Source: Woeseiaceae bacterium (GTDB lineage: Bacteria > Pseudomonadota > Gammaproteobacteria > Steroidobacterales > Woeseiaceae). From it: a DNA stretch of 64,000 nt. Shown in pieces: positions 53,631-63,011 of the stretch. How positions within the stretch are numbered: the stretch's first letter is position 1; each line of letters starts with the position of its first letter. The stretch covers positions 20,151 through 84,150 of the forward strand of contig JAJFKV010000044.1 of NCBI GenBank assembly GCA_021773055.1, read 5' to 3'. The notes under the pieces are model-generated. The model was not told the origin of the DNA, made no database searches, and saw only the letters and a program-made list of their open reading frames with translations. The position numbers were made by a program, and so were the translations under genes.

Positions 53631-56321
53631 TTAATGTGCTTCGTCCCAATTTTCTCCAACACCCGCATCGACGCGAAGGGGCACAGAGAGGGTTGCGGCG
53701 GCGTTCATCAATTCGATAACGCGCTCGCGAACAGCGTCGATGTTGTCCTGCTCGACCTCGAAGACCAGTTCATCGTGGACCTGCATGATCATGCGGGCGC
53801 CGGGGCGTTCTTCGTTCAACCAGTGGTGCACCGAAATCATCGCTCTCTTGATAATGTCAGCGGCCGTTCCCTGCATCGGCGCGTTGATGGCGGTGCGTTC
53901 CGCGTATTGGCGTCGATTGGCGTTGCGAGCATTTATCTCTGGCAAATACAGGCGCCGACCAAACACTGTTTCAACAAAGCCATTTGCACTGGCTTGCTCG
54001 CGAATATCATCCATATACGCTTTGACGCCAGGATAGCGGTCGAAGTAGAGATTGACGTATTCCTGCGCTTCACCACGAGCGATACCGAGCTGCTTGGCAA
54101 GCCCGAAGGCGGACATGCCATACATCAAGCCGAAGTTGATCGCCTTGGCTGAGCGTCGTTGGTCGTCAGTCACTTCGTCCAGCGCCATGCCGAACACTTC
54201 AGCCGCGGTGGCGCGATGCACGTCCTGCTCCTCGGCAAACGCTTTCATGAGTCCCGGGTCGGCAGACAGGTGAGCCATGATGCGCAATTCAATCTGGGAA
54301 TAGTCGGCCGCGAGCAGTACCTGGCCTGCTGGTGCCACGAACGCCTGCCGAATGCGGCGGCCTTCCGGCGTGCGGATCGGAATGTTCTGCAAGTTGGGGT
54401 CTGTAGACGACAGTCGCCCGGTTGCCGCTACCGCCTGATGATAGGAGGTATGAATGCGTCCGGTGCTGGACGCGATCTGTAGCGGCAACTTGTCGGTGTA
54501 GGTGCTCTTGAGCTTGCTAACACTGCGGTAGTCAATGATTACGGCCGGCAACTCGTAATCGCCCGCAAGCTCCGCCAGCACGTCCTCGGCGGTTGACGGC
54601 TGGCCCTTTGGGGTCTTGCGGATAATGGGCAGGCCGAGTTGCTCGAACAAGATTTGTTGAAGCTGCTTGGGCGAACCAAGGTTGAACGGGCCGCCAGCCA
54701 GCTCGTGCGCCCTGGCTTCCAGCTCGATCATCTTCCTGGCGAGTTCGCCACTTTGCGTCAAGAGCATGTTGCGATCGACAAGGACGCCGGTCTCTTCCAT
54801 TTCGAGCAAGATGGGAACCAGCGGTTGCTCGATATCTTCGTAGATACTTTTCAGTGTCGCTATCTCGCCTAACTGTTGCCACAGCGTCTGATGTAACTGC
54901 AGCGTAACGTCGGCATCTTCGGCGGCGTAGGGTGCCGCGACTTCGAGATCTATCTGATTGAACGTCAGCTGCTTGGCACCCTTGCCCGCGACATCAGTGT
55001 AGTGAATGGTCTCTCTACCAAGGTACTGGCGCGCAACCGAATCCATGTCATGCCGGGTAGCCACGCTGTTTAAGACATAAGACTCGAGCATCGAATCGAA
55101 CTGTATGCCGGCCAGTGAAATGTCGTAACGGGCCAGTATGTGGGCGTCGTATTTGAGGTGGTGGCCGACTTTCTTTTTGTCGTCGTCTTCCAGCCAGCCA
55201 CGCAGCTTCTGTAATACCTCGTCACGCGGTAGCTGCTCTGGTGCGCCCATGTAGTCATGCGTGAGCGGTATGTAGGCAGCCTCATTTGCGCTAACACAAA
55301 GCGACAGGCCGACGATTTCAGCTTGCATGTAGTTGATGCTGGTTGTCTCGGTATCGAATGCTGTGAGCTCAGCGGTATCGATTTTTTCAAACCAGCGATC
55401 GAAGGCGTCCCAGGTCAGGACGGTTTCATAATCTGATTCTTCAGTAGCCGTTGCCGGCGCGGCAGGCTGCTCATTTTCCTCGTCGAGCTGGCCGAGCAAA
55501 GAGCGCAGTTCGAAATGGCCATAGAGCTCTCGCAATCGATCAGTATCGGCCGCTGTCGGGGACAGCTCGGCGATACCGGCGTCGAGCTTGAGATTCCTGC
55601 GGATGGTCGCCAGCTCCTGCGACAGTCGTAACTGTTCTATATTTTCACGCAGACTGTCGCCTACCTTGCCCGCGATCTCGTCTACGTTCTCGACAATACC
55701 CTCGGCGCTGTCGTAGAGGTTTAACCACTTGGCCGCTGTCTTGGCACCGACTTTGGGCACACCAGGAATGTTGTCCGAGGTGTCACCGACAAGAGCAAGG
55801 TAGTCAACGATCTGCTCGGGATATACATCGAACTTGGCCTTCACACCATCACGATCCATTCTTGAGTCGTTCATGGTATTGATCAACGTGACCCTGTCAT
55901 TAACCAGTTGCGCCAGATCCTTGTCGCCGGTCGATACAAGCACGTTAAGACCCGCATCCGCAGCTACGTCGCACAAGGTGCCAATTACGTCGTCGGCCTC
56001 AACTCCCGCCACTCGCAGGAGCGGCAATCCCATCGCTTCTACAGCGTCCAGAATGGGCTGCACCTGCGAGCGCAGTTCGTCAGGCATAGGCGGACGGTTA
56101 GCTTTGTATTCCGAATAAAGGTCGTCACGAAAGGTCTTGCCCGGCGCATCGAACACGACCGCAACATGTTGCGGTTGTTCTTCACGAAGCAATTTCTGGA
56201 TCATCGACAGAACACCGTGCAGCGCTCCGGTTGGCTCACCGTTTGAATTGGTGAGCGGCGGCAACGCGTGAAAGGCGCGGTAAAGATACGATGACCCGTC
56301 GATCAGGACGAGGTCGGTCAT
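53631..56321 (-). CDS. polA: DNA polymerase I
   Basis: 896 aa with a 5'-3' exonuclease N-terminus (LIDGSSYLYRAFHA), a 3'-5' exonuclease domain and polymerase motifs (LLAADYSQIELRIMAHLS; QVHDELVFE). Confidence 0.97.
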   Translation of the reverse strand: MTDLVLIDGSSYLYRAFHALPPLTNSNGEPTGALHGVLSMIQKLLREEQPQHVAVVFDAPGKTFRDDLYSEYKANRPPMPDELRSQVQPILDAVEAMGLPLLRVAGVEADDVIGTLCDVAADAGLNVLVSTGDKDLAQLVNDRVTLINTMNDSRMDRDGVKAKFDVYPEQIVDYLALVGDTSDNIPGVPKVGAKTAAKWLNLYDSAEGIVENVDEIAGKVGDSLRENIEQLRLSQELATIRRNLKLDAGIAELSPTAADTDRLRELYGHFELRSLLGQLDEENEQPAAPATATEESDYETVLTWDAFDRWFEKIDTAELTAFDTETTSINYMQAEIVGLSLCVSANEAAYIPLTHDYMGAPEQLPRDEVLQKLRGWLEDDDKKKVGHHLKYDAHILARYDISLAGIQFDSMLESYVLNSVATRHDMDSVARQYLGRETIHYTDVAGKGAKQLTFNQIDLEVAAPYAAEDADVTLQLHQTLWQQLGEIATLKSIYEDIEQPLVPILLEMEETGVLVDRNMLLTQSGELARKMIELEARAHELAGGPFNLGSPKQLQQILFEQLGLPIIRKTPKGQPSTAEDVLAELAGDYELPAVIIDYRSVSKLKSTYTDKLPLQIASSTGRIHTSYHQAVAATGRLSSTDPNLQNIPIRTPEGRRIRQAFVAPAGQVLLAADYSQIELRIMAHLSADPGLMKAFAEEQDVHRATAAEVFGMALDEVTDDQRRSAKAINFGLMYGMSAFGLAKQLGIARGEAQEYVNLYFDRYPGVKAYMDDIREQASANGFVETVFGRRLYLPEINARNANRRQYAERTAINAPMQGTAADIIKRAMISVHHWLNEERPGARMIMQVHDELVFEVEQDNIDAVRERVIELMNAAATLSVPLRVDAGVGENWDEAH

Positions 56322-56323
56322 TA

Positions 56324-56512
56324 TTATTCAGTCTCGGATGAATCGCTGCTGCCGTCTTGTTCTTCCTGGTCTTCCTCGCTGGCGGTGTCACGGGATGGTG
56401 GAACAGCCATCTGGCTTGGATTGCCGGGAACGTACAGTGGGCCGCTTTGGCCGCAACCGGAAAAAGGAACTGTGAATGCGATTACGGAGATTAAGAACGT
56501 CAGGCGTTTCAT
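56324..56512 (-). CDS. lptM: Small lipoprotein, LptM (YifL)-like
   Basis: 62 aa with lipobox FSGC followed by GQSGPLYVP, the LptM/YifL signature, and an acidic tail. Confidence 0.6.
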   Translation of the reverse strand: MKRLTFLISVIAFTVPFSGCGQSGPLYVPGNPSQMAVPPSRDTASEEDQEEQDGSSDSSETE

Positions 56513-56580
56513 GTGATTGACCTTTGAATTGCGTCTTTGGCGAGCGATTGATTATAGAGACACGGCGCCGGAAAAGGGCA

Positions 56581-57765
56581 TCATTTTGCGTATCGTTTCG
56601 CGACCTGTCGGTACGCATCACGAAACGGAATGCCATCTTCGCGGACCAATCGATAAGCTTCGGAGGTAGCGAAAATACCGTCGTCGAGAGTGATGTTGGC
56701 GGGTTGAAACTGAAGGCCCTCGAGGACGTAGGCCATGATGTCGACGCTGTCGATGGCGAGATCGATGGAGCGAAACAGTGGCGACTTCAAGCGCTGCAGA
56801 TCGCGGTGGTAGCCGGACGGCAATTTGGCGGTGATCATCAAGGACTCATCAAGACAGGCTTGTGACGTTGCAGAGGACGCACGCAATAATTCCAGCACAT
56901 CCGGATTACGCTTTTGCGGCATGATCGATGAACCGGTAGTGACGTCTGCAGCCAGTGAAATGTAGGCGAACTCCTGCGTGTAGAACATCAAGAGATCGCT
57001 GGCCATGCGACTCAGGTCCTGCAACAACAGCGTTATCTCAAATAGCAGGGCGCTCTCAGCCTTGCCACGCGACAATTGCGCTGCAGTCACCGGGTTTTGC
57101 GTCGAGTCGAAATCGAGTTTTGCCGTAGTCGAGTCGCGGTCCAGTGGCAGACCGGGCGTGCCATAGCCGGCCGCACTGCCCAGCGGGTTCTTGTTAATGC
57201 GTTTTTGCACGAGGTGCAAGCCGTCGCAAGCATCGGCGAAGCCCTCATCGAATCCGCCGCACCATAGCGCAACCGACGAGGGCATCGCATGTTGCATGTG
57301 GGTGTAACCCGGGAGCTCAACCTCGCCCTGGCGATCGCTTAAGGAGCTGATCGAGCCGCGCAATTCGGTGACTCGCGACGCCAGGTCGCTGGCCGCGTCG
57401 CGAAGATACATTCTGAGCGCGGTAAGAACCTGATCGTTTCTGGAGCGACCAAGATGCAGACGCCCACCGGCCGGGCCGATAGCGTCCGTCAACCGGGTTT
57501 CGAGCGCCGTGTGAGCGTCTTCGTCCTCAAGGCTGATGTGCCAGTCGCCGGCGGCGAAGCTGTCATTGAGCGTGCTCAGGCCGTCGCAGATCGCGTCGCA
57601 GTCTTCATTGCTGATCAAATCTTGCTCGGCGAGCATTTGTGCGTGTGCGATTGAGCCGCGCACATCATAAGAGACGAGCCTGGCATCGAGCAGGTGGTCC
57701 TCACCAGCCGTGTAGCGCAATACTCGTTCATCGAGTGGCAGGCCTTTTTCCCAAAGCCGGTTCAT
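56581..57765 (-). CDS. argH: Argininosuccinate lyase (short form)
   Basis: Fumarate-lyase signature GSSIMPQKRNPDVLE and an ArgH-like N-terminus (LWEKGLPLDERVLRYTAGEDHLLD). At 394 aa it is shorter than the ~460-aa enteric enzyme. Confidence 0.88.
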   Translation of the reverse strand: MNRLWEKGLPLDERVLRYTAGEDHLLDARLVSYDVRGSIAHAQMLAEQDLISNEDCDAICDGLSTLNDSFAAGDWHISLEDEDAHTALETRLTDAIGPAGGRLHLGRSRNDQVLTALRMYLRDAASDLASRVTELRGSISSLSDRQGEVELPGYTHMQHAMPSSVALWCGGFDEGFADACDGLHLVQKRINKNPLGSAAGYGTPGLPLDRDSTTAKLDFDSTQNPVTAAQLSRGKAESALLFEITLLLQDLSRMASDLLMFYTQEFAYISLAADVTTGSSIMPQKRNPDVLELLRASSATSQACLDESLMITAKLPSGYHRDLQRLKSPLFRSIDLAIDSVDIMAYVLEGLQFQPANITLDDGIFATSEAYRLVREDGIPFRDAYRQVAKRYAK

Positions 57766-58691
57766 GACGCGGTACTTTGCTCGGCCGGCGTCAGGCCGCC
57801 GATATCGTCAACGACGAGTGTGCCGGTACCTTCATTGGTGAAGACCTCGAGCAGAATGCTGTCGGGAAGTTTGCTGGATATGACGTGTACGCGTTGCACC
57901 CCATTCGCAATGGCTGCGTCGATAGCAGCAGCCTTTGGCAACATGCCGTCCGCCAGGCTCCCGGACTCACGCAACTTCCTGAGCGCGGCTCGGTCGATGT
58001 AACTGATCAATGAGCCAGGATCATTGACGTCCTCGAGGATGCCTGGCGCGCCAGTTGCGAGCAGCAGCTTTTCCGCATTGAGTTCGGCTGCAATTGCGGC
58101 GGCGACCGTGTCGGCATTGATATTCAATATCGTGCCGGACTCATCGCAGGACAGGGGGCTGACGACAGGCATGAGTCCATTGTCGAGCTGTTTCTTCAGG
58201 ATGTCCGTGTCGACAGAATCGATATCACCAACAAATCCATAATCCACTGCTGACTCGCCGGCCCGCTCAACTGGCGGTCTTTTGTGCGCTCGAATCAGGC
58301 CTGCATCAACGCCGCTGATACCAACGGCCGGAATTTGCAGGTCGCGACAGGTTGCAAGAATGCGGGTATTGACTTGACCGTTCAAAACCATCGTTGCGAC
58401 GTCCAGCGATTCACTATTTGTGACGCGGCGGCCATCGACAAAAGTTGTATTCAGCCCGAGAGCGGAGGCCAGTTCCGTCGACTGTGGTCCACCACCGTGG
58501 ACCAGAACCACGCGAATTCCGACCTGGTACAAAATGCCGACCTGCTCCATCAAAGCGGTGGTCTTCTCACGGTCTGCGAAGACCTCACCGCCCGCTTTAA
58601 TTACAAAAACCTTGCCCTTGAAAAGCCGAATGTACGGTGCGGCGTGTTTTAGTGCCGACACCACAATCGCACGATCTTTTTTTACGCTCAT
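57762..58691 (-). CDS. argB: Acetylglutamate kinase
   Basis: Motifs FVIKAGGEVF and VLVHGGGPQ. At 309 aa it has no fused acetyltransferase domain. Confidence 0.9.
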   Translation of the reverse strand: MSVKKDRAIVVSALKHAAPYIRLFKGKVFVIKAGGEVFADREKTTALMEQVGILYQVGIRVVLVHGGGPQSTELASALGLNTTFVDGRRVTNSESLDVATMVLNGQVNTRILATCRDLQIPAVGISGVDAGLIRAHKRPPVERAGESAVDYGFVGDIDSVDTDILKKQLDNGLMPVVSPLSCDESGTILNINADTVAAAIAAELNAEKLLLATGAPGILEDVNDPGSLISYIDRAALRKLRESGSLADGMLPKAAAIDAAIANGVQRVHVISSKLPDSILLEVFTNEGTGTLVVDDIGGLTPAEQSTAS

Positions 58692-59695
58692 GTCTGGCCA
58701 CCGAGCATCTGGTGCAGTACAGCCATCTGCGCCAGCATGCGATTGCGCGCCTCTGGAATCACCACGCTCCGTGGTCCGTCGAGGATGTCATCTGCAACAA
58801 CAACGCCGCGGCGTACCGGCAAACAATGCATGAAACGACAGTCGTTTTTCGCATTAGCAAACCAGGGCTCGTCCACACACCAGTCCAGATGTTGCTCGCG
58901 CAGCTTCTGGTCATTGATCTTGTCGCCATAGTGCCGGGTAGATGACCACGACTTCGCATAAATAATATGGGCGTCTTCCATCGCTTCACTGCGCTGGTCG
59001 GTTTGGGTAACCGACCCACCAGCCGTTTCTGCTGCGGTCGCAGCCTTCTGCATTATCGCTTCCGGCAACTCAAACCCTTCGGGTCGCAATACCGTCACAT
59101 CCATGCCGCGCTTAGCTGCCATGTGCAGCGTCGACGCCGGCACCGCCAACGGCAATGCGCGTGGATGATAGGCCCAGCTCAGGACAAATTTGCCACCATT
59201 GGCTGGCACACCAAGATCATCCATGGTCTTCCAGTCCGCGAGGTTCTGGCAGGGATGGTTCATCGCAGACTCCATATTGATGTACGGCGTGTCGATGAGA
59301 TCAATGAGTGACGAAAATTCTTTTTCCCGCATATCGGAAGCAATGTCTTTTCGCTCCGCGAAGGCGCGTATGCCGATAGCGTCGCCGTAAGAGGCGATCA
59401 CGGGAACGGCTTCGCGTATGTGTTCCGCTGCTACACCGTCCATTACGATACCGGGCCGGGTTTCAAGTCCGTGGATGGACATGTCCGGAGAGATGACGAA
59501 CGAGCCACCGCCAAGACGTACCATCGCCGCCTGAAATGAGGCGAGCGTTCTGAGGGACGGGCTCAGGAATAAAAGTGATAGCACTTTTCCCTTAAGGGCT
59601 TCAGGCTCGGGATTTGAGTCGAGGCGGCTGGCCAGCTCAACAAGTGACCGGATTTCTTCGTTCGAAAAGTCTGCGAGATCGTTAAACGCTTTCAT
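58688..59695 (-). CDS. argF: N-acetylornithine carbamoyltransferase-type transcarbamylase (argF')
   Basis: The carbamoyl-phosphate site reads SPSLRT rather than the canonical OTC STRTR, together with HCLPVRRG. Arginine-operon context supports the call. The acetyl versus succinyl specificity cannot be decided from sequence. Confidence 0.7.
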   Translation of the reverse strand: MKAFNDLADFSNEEIRSLVELASRLDSNPEPEALKGKVLSLLFLSPSLRTLASFQAAMVRLGGGSFVISPDMSIHGLETRPGIVMDGVAAEHIREAVPVIASYGDAIGIRAFAERKDIASDMREKEFSSLIDLIDTPYINMESAMNHPCQNLADWKTMDDLGVPANGGKFVLSWAYHPRALPLAVPASTLHMAAKRGMDVTVLRPEGFELPEAIMQKAATAAETAGGSVTQTDQRSEAMEDAHIIYAKSWSSTRHYGDKINDQKLREQHLDWCVDEPWFANAKNDCRFMHCLPVRRGVVVADDILDGPRSVVIPEARNRMLAQMAVLHQMLGGQT

Positions 59696-59706
59696 TCATT
59701 TGTCCT

Positions 59707-60897
59707 TCAGTTTGTTGAGGGCGCAATATCTCTTAGCGCCTCAGCAAGGTGATCAATGTGACCGGGTTCGAGTACCAGCGGCGCAAGTATGCGGAGTATC
59801 TCCGGGTCGCTACTGGTTCCCGTCAAGATATCGTGATCGAGTAGCGCGTCGCGTACTTCAACAGCGGGGCGATCGCATATGAGTCCAAGCAAAAGGCCCA
59901 TGCCCTGAATTTTTTTGATCGGCCCGACCACGCACTGCTCACGGATCGCTGCCTCGGCACGACGAACATTCATAAGCAGGCCTTCGGTTTCGATGGCATC
60001 GATTGTGGCGGTGATAGCGGCTGCCGCGATGGGGCCACCGCCGAATGTTGAGCCGAGGTCACCCGAACCGAATTTCGCTGCGGTCGCATGGCTGCACAAT
60101 ACTGCTCCACAGGGAATACCGCCGCCGAGCGCTTTTGCGCTGGTCAGGATATCAGGCCGGGTCTCATGCGCCTGAATTGCGAAAAACTGTCCACAGCGTC
60201 CAACGCCGGATTGCACCTCGTCGGCAATCAACACGACACCGTGTTTTTCAGTTGCGGTGCGCAATGCGTGAATAAATTCAGTCGACAGATCGTAGGCGCC
60301 TGCGATGCCCTGCACCGGCTCGAAAATAATCGCGGCGATATCGTCACCGATCATCCTATGGGCTGCTGCGATGTCATCGCGTGGAATGAAGTCAACCTCG
60401 AAAGGCCTGCTCGGGAAGCCGTACCAGCGACCGGAGTTCCAGGTCACGGCGGCGGCAGCGGCGGTGCGCCCATGAAAGCCCCCGGTGAGGGCTAGAATTT
60501 TCTTACGGCCAGTCGTTATGCAGGCCATCCGCAAGGCATTCTCGTTCGCTTCAGCGCCCGAATTAACGAAAAACACCCGATCCAGACCGTCTGGCGCAAC
60601 ATTGACTAGCTTCTCGGCGGCTTCGGCACGAATATCCAGAGCAACGGCATTGCTTTGGAACAGCAATTTGTTGCTTTGCTCTGTTATGGCTTTGACCAGC
60701 CGGGGATGTCCGTAACCGAGTGCGGCAACCGCGTGACCGCCGTAGAGATCGAGTATACGCCGGCCATCCTTAGTGAAAATGTCGCAGCCGCTGGCTCGCT
60801 CCGGCACGAACGGCAACTGGCCATATACTGGAATAGTGACGCTGGCTTCGCGAATTCGCGGGTCGGACATGACCATCTGATCATTAATCGTCGGCAT
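59707..60897 (-). CDS. argD: Acetylornithine aminotransferase (class III PLP aminotransferase)
   Basis: Motifs LIADEVQSGVGRCG and PDILTSAKALGGG (PLP Lys). The start at 60897 gives an ATGA overlap with the argC stop, and the ORF-track extension to 61059 is rejected. Confidence 0.88.
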   Translation of the reverse strand: MPTINDQMVMSDPRIREASVTIPVYGQLPFVPERASGCDIFTKDGRRILDLYGGHAVAALGYGHPRLVKAITEQSNKLLFQSNAVALDIRAEAAEKLVNVAPDGLDRVFFVNSGAEANENALRMACITTGRKKILALTGGFHGRTAAAAAVTWNSGRWYGFPSRPFEVDFIPRDDIAAAHRMIGDDIAAIIFEPVQGIAGAYDLSTEFIHALRTATEKHGVVLIADEVQSGVGRCGQFFAIQAHETRPDILTSAKALGGGIPCGAVLCSHATAAKFGSGDLGSTFGGGPIAAAAITATIDAIETEGLLMNVRRAEAAIREQCVVGPIKKIQGMGLLLGLICDRPAVEVRDALLDHDILTGTSSDPEILRILAPLVLEPGHIDHLAEALRDIAPSTN

Positions 60898-61958
60898 CAG
60901 GTCCACCCCGGCGTGGCGGCGGTAAGGCCAGTAGTTTCCGGGAGGTCCCAGAGCCGGTTCATCCACTGTATAGCGCCACCGGCAGCGCCTTTGACTAGAT
61001 TGTCGATGGCGCTCATTACCACGACCGACTCGCCATCCGTCGCAACGCCCAGATGACACATGTTGCTGGCGACTACATTCTTGATTTTGGGCGTACCGCC
61101 GACGACTTCGACAAATGGCGAGTCCGCATAGGCTTTGGCGAAAACATCGCGTAGTTGATCATCGCTAACCGGGGCATTCACTTTCGCCTGCAATGTAACG
61201 TGTATACCTCTCGAGAAGGGACCCGAATGAGGTACGAAATGAACTCTTGTATCGCGGCCACTTGCCACGCTTGCAAGCCCGGCGATCTCCGGTGAATGAC
61301 GGTGTGCGAGAGGCTTGTACGCATACATATTACTATTGCGTTCCGGGTGATGCGTGCCGACCTGCGGATTTCTCCCGGAGCCAGTGCTGCCCGTAACTCC
61401 AGAAATATATATTTCGCTTTCCGTTAATCCTGATTGCATCAGAGGTACGGCGGCCAGCAACGACGCCGTCGCAAAGCAACCGGGATGTCCTACATGTGGC
61501 GTTGTGATCGTATCTGCATGCTCCGGGACAGCGCAGGTGAAATCCTGCAACAGCTCCGGTGCTCCGTGCTCGCCTCCGTAGACAGCCTCCCAGGAAGATT
61601 GCTCGGCGTAGCGAAAGTCAGCGGATGAATCGACGACGTGAATGTTGAGGTCCTTATCGTCAGCGACGCTCAATGCCGCTTTGATGATTTCAGCCGAAGC
61701 ACCGTGCGGTGCGGCCGAGAACAACGCGACGTTGCTGCCATTGCCGACGACATTCAGCCATTCATCATGCGCAATGAAGGACTTGCCGGCCAGCATTTGT
61801 GACAGATGAGGAAACGTATCGCCAATCATAAGATGCGCGCGGCTAGCGGACACAGCAGCCGCCATATCGAAGTTCGGATGAGCTGCGAGCAGTCGCAACA
61901 ACTCTCCGCCGACGTAACCGCCGGCACCAAGGACGACGGCCTGTATTTGTGAGCTCAT
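60897..61958 (-). CDS. argC: N-acetyl-gamma-glutamyl-phosphate reductase
   Basis: NAD fold VLGAGGYVGGELLRLL and catalytic Cys region GHPGCFATAS. Confidence 0.9.
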   Translation of the reverse strand: MSSQIQAVVLGAGGYVGGELLRLLAAHPNFDMAAAVSASRAHLMIGDTFPHLSQMLAGKSFIAHDEWLNVVGNGSNVALFSAAPHGASAEIIKAALSVADDKDLNIHVVDSSADFRYAEQSSWEAVYGGEHGAPELLQDFTCAVPEHADTITTPHVGHPGCFATASLLAAVPLMQSGLTESEIYISGVTGSTGSGRNPQVGTHHPERNSNMYAYKPLAHRHSPEIAGLASVASGRDTRVHFVPHSGPFSRGIHVTLQAKVNAPVSDDQLRDVFAKAYADSPFVEVVGGTPKIKNVVASNMCHLGVATDGESVVVMSAIDNLVKGAAGGAIQWMNRLWDLPETTGLTAATPGWT

Positions 61959-63010
61959 GCAGCCCCCTTGTCGAGCAGGTCAGCGATCTTGTCGCCGAGC
62001 GCGACACCGCTGGACAGCGCATTGATTGCGGGCAATGCAGTGCGCTCTCCTATCTGTTGTACGCCGACATCGTTATCCGTTGCAGGCCCCGTGACTACGG
62101 CCGGTTCGATGCCGTACTCGTCGCGCAATATTTTCGCACCGCCCCAGGCGGAGACCGGATCATTCGCACACAACACAACCGCAGTGAAGGCGTCGCGAAT
62201 CTGTTCATCGCCGAGTATGGCGGCAACGCCGTAAGCACCAAGCAATCCATCGCCGAGCTCGAGTACGATGACATCCGGTTTATTGGCACCGAGACCGGTC
62301 AGCAACGACCGGGTTAATGCCGGACCGTTTTCAGCGGTCGTTGTAACAATGCCGAGGTCGGAAAAAATCATGGTATCGATTGCGCCGGCGTCCTCCATCG
62401 CCAATACGTCACGTCGCAAGGAAACGCCGGTCGCCTTGCACGCTGCTACATTCAATCCCAGGTGCCGTAATCGCCCGACGATCGCGCAGGCCGCTGCGGT
62501 TTTGCCGGAATCCATGCAGGTTCCAGCCATCGCGACTACAGGTACGCCGTTCATTTTCAGTGGGGCATCCGGGTCCAAAGTTGCGGAGCCAACGCGGGCG
62601 GGCACCCCGATACGCTCGCCCAGGTAGGGGAACTCGAGAACCGTACCCAGTACCTCACAGTCGAACGGCGCCCCAACGTCCGGGTTCGCAGAGTCACATA
62701 TTCCAATGACGCCACCGATATTCAGAATCTGCACTTTGTCTCCCTGGCCTAACTCGGTCGGCAGGTGTCCGGAATAACCGCGCAGGGCGTTGCGATGTCC
62801 AAGCGCGCCGACGACGATGTCGCCCATTGTGACCGTCGCCATGCGACCCGATGTCAGCTCGAGCTGGTTATAACGAGATTTGTTATTTAGAACCCGTACC
62901 GCAATGAGTACACCTTCCTCACAGGGAATGTCCGGAGACAGTCGCAGTTCGGAAGCAAGGTCATTGTGTTGTGCAACCGAGGCGACTTTATCGACAACGA
63001 CATTCTTCAT
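61955..63010 (-). CDS. Uncharacterised protein with a BioD/DUF1611-like P-loop, embedded in the arginine operon
   Basis: About 351 aa from MKNVVVDK (ATG 63010, 1 nt after the argG stop), with a 4-nt overlap with the argC start. The P-loop-like VVAMAGTCMDSGKTAAACAIVGRL resembles the dethiobiotin-synthase GTDT.VGKT motif and the DUF1611 VGTDCAVGKK motif. I recognise no other family. Confidence 0.6.
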   Translation of the reverse strand: MKNVVVDKVASVAQHNDLASELRLSPDIPCEEGVLIAVRVLNNKSRYNQLELTSGRMATVTMGDIVVGALGHRNALRGYSGHLPTELGQGDKVQILNIGGVIGICDSANPDVGAPFDCEVLGTVLEFPYLGERIGVPARVGSATLDPDAPLKMNGVPVVAMAGTCMDSGKTAAACAIVGRLRHLGLNVAACKATGVSLRRDVLAMEDAGAIDTMIFSDLGIVTTTAENGPALTRSLLTGLGANKPDVIVLELGDGLLGAYGVAAILGDEQIRDAFTAVVLCANDPVSAWGGAKILRDEYGIEPAVVTGPATDNDVGVQQIGERTALPAINALSSGVALGDKIADLLDKGAA

Positions 63011-63011
63011 C

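Noticed and set aside
56321-56512. lptM-like lipoprotein gene ending 2 nt before the polA start, as an unusual coupling
   Set aside because: It is a plausible small conserved lipoprotein. The adjacency alone carries no functional implication that I can support.
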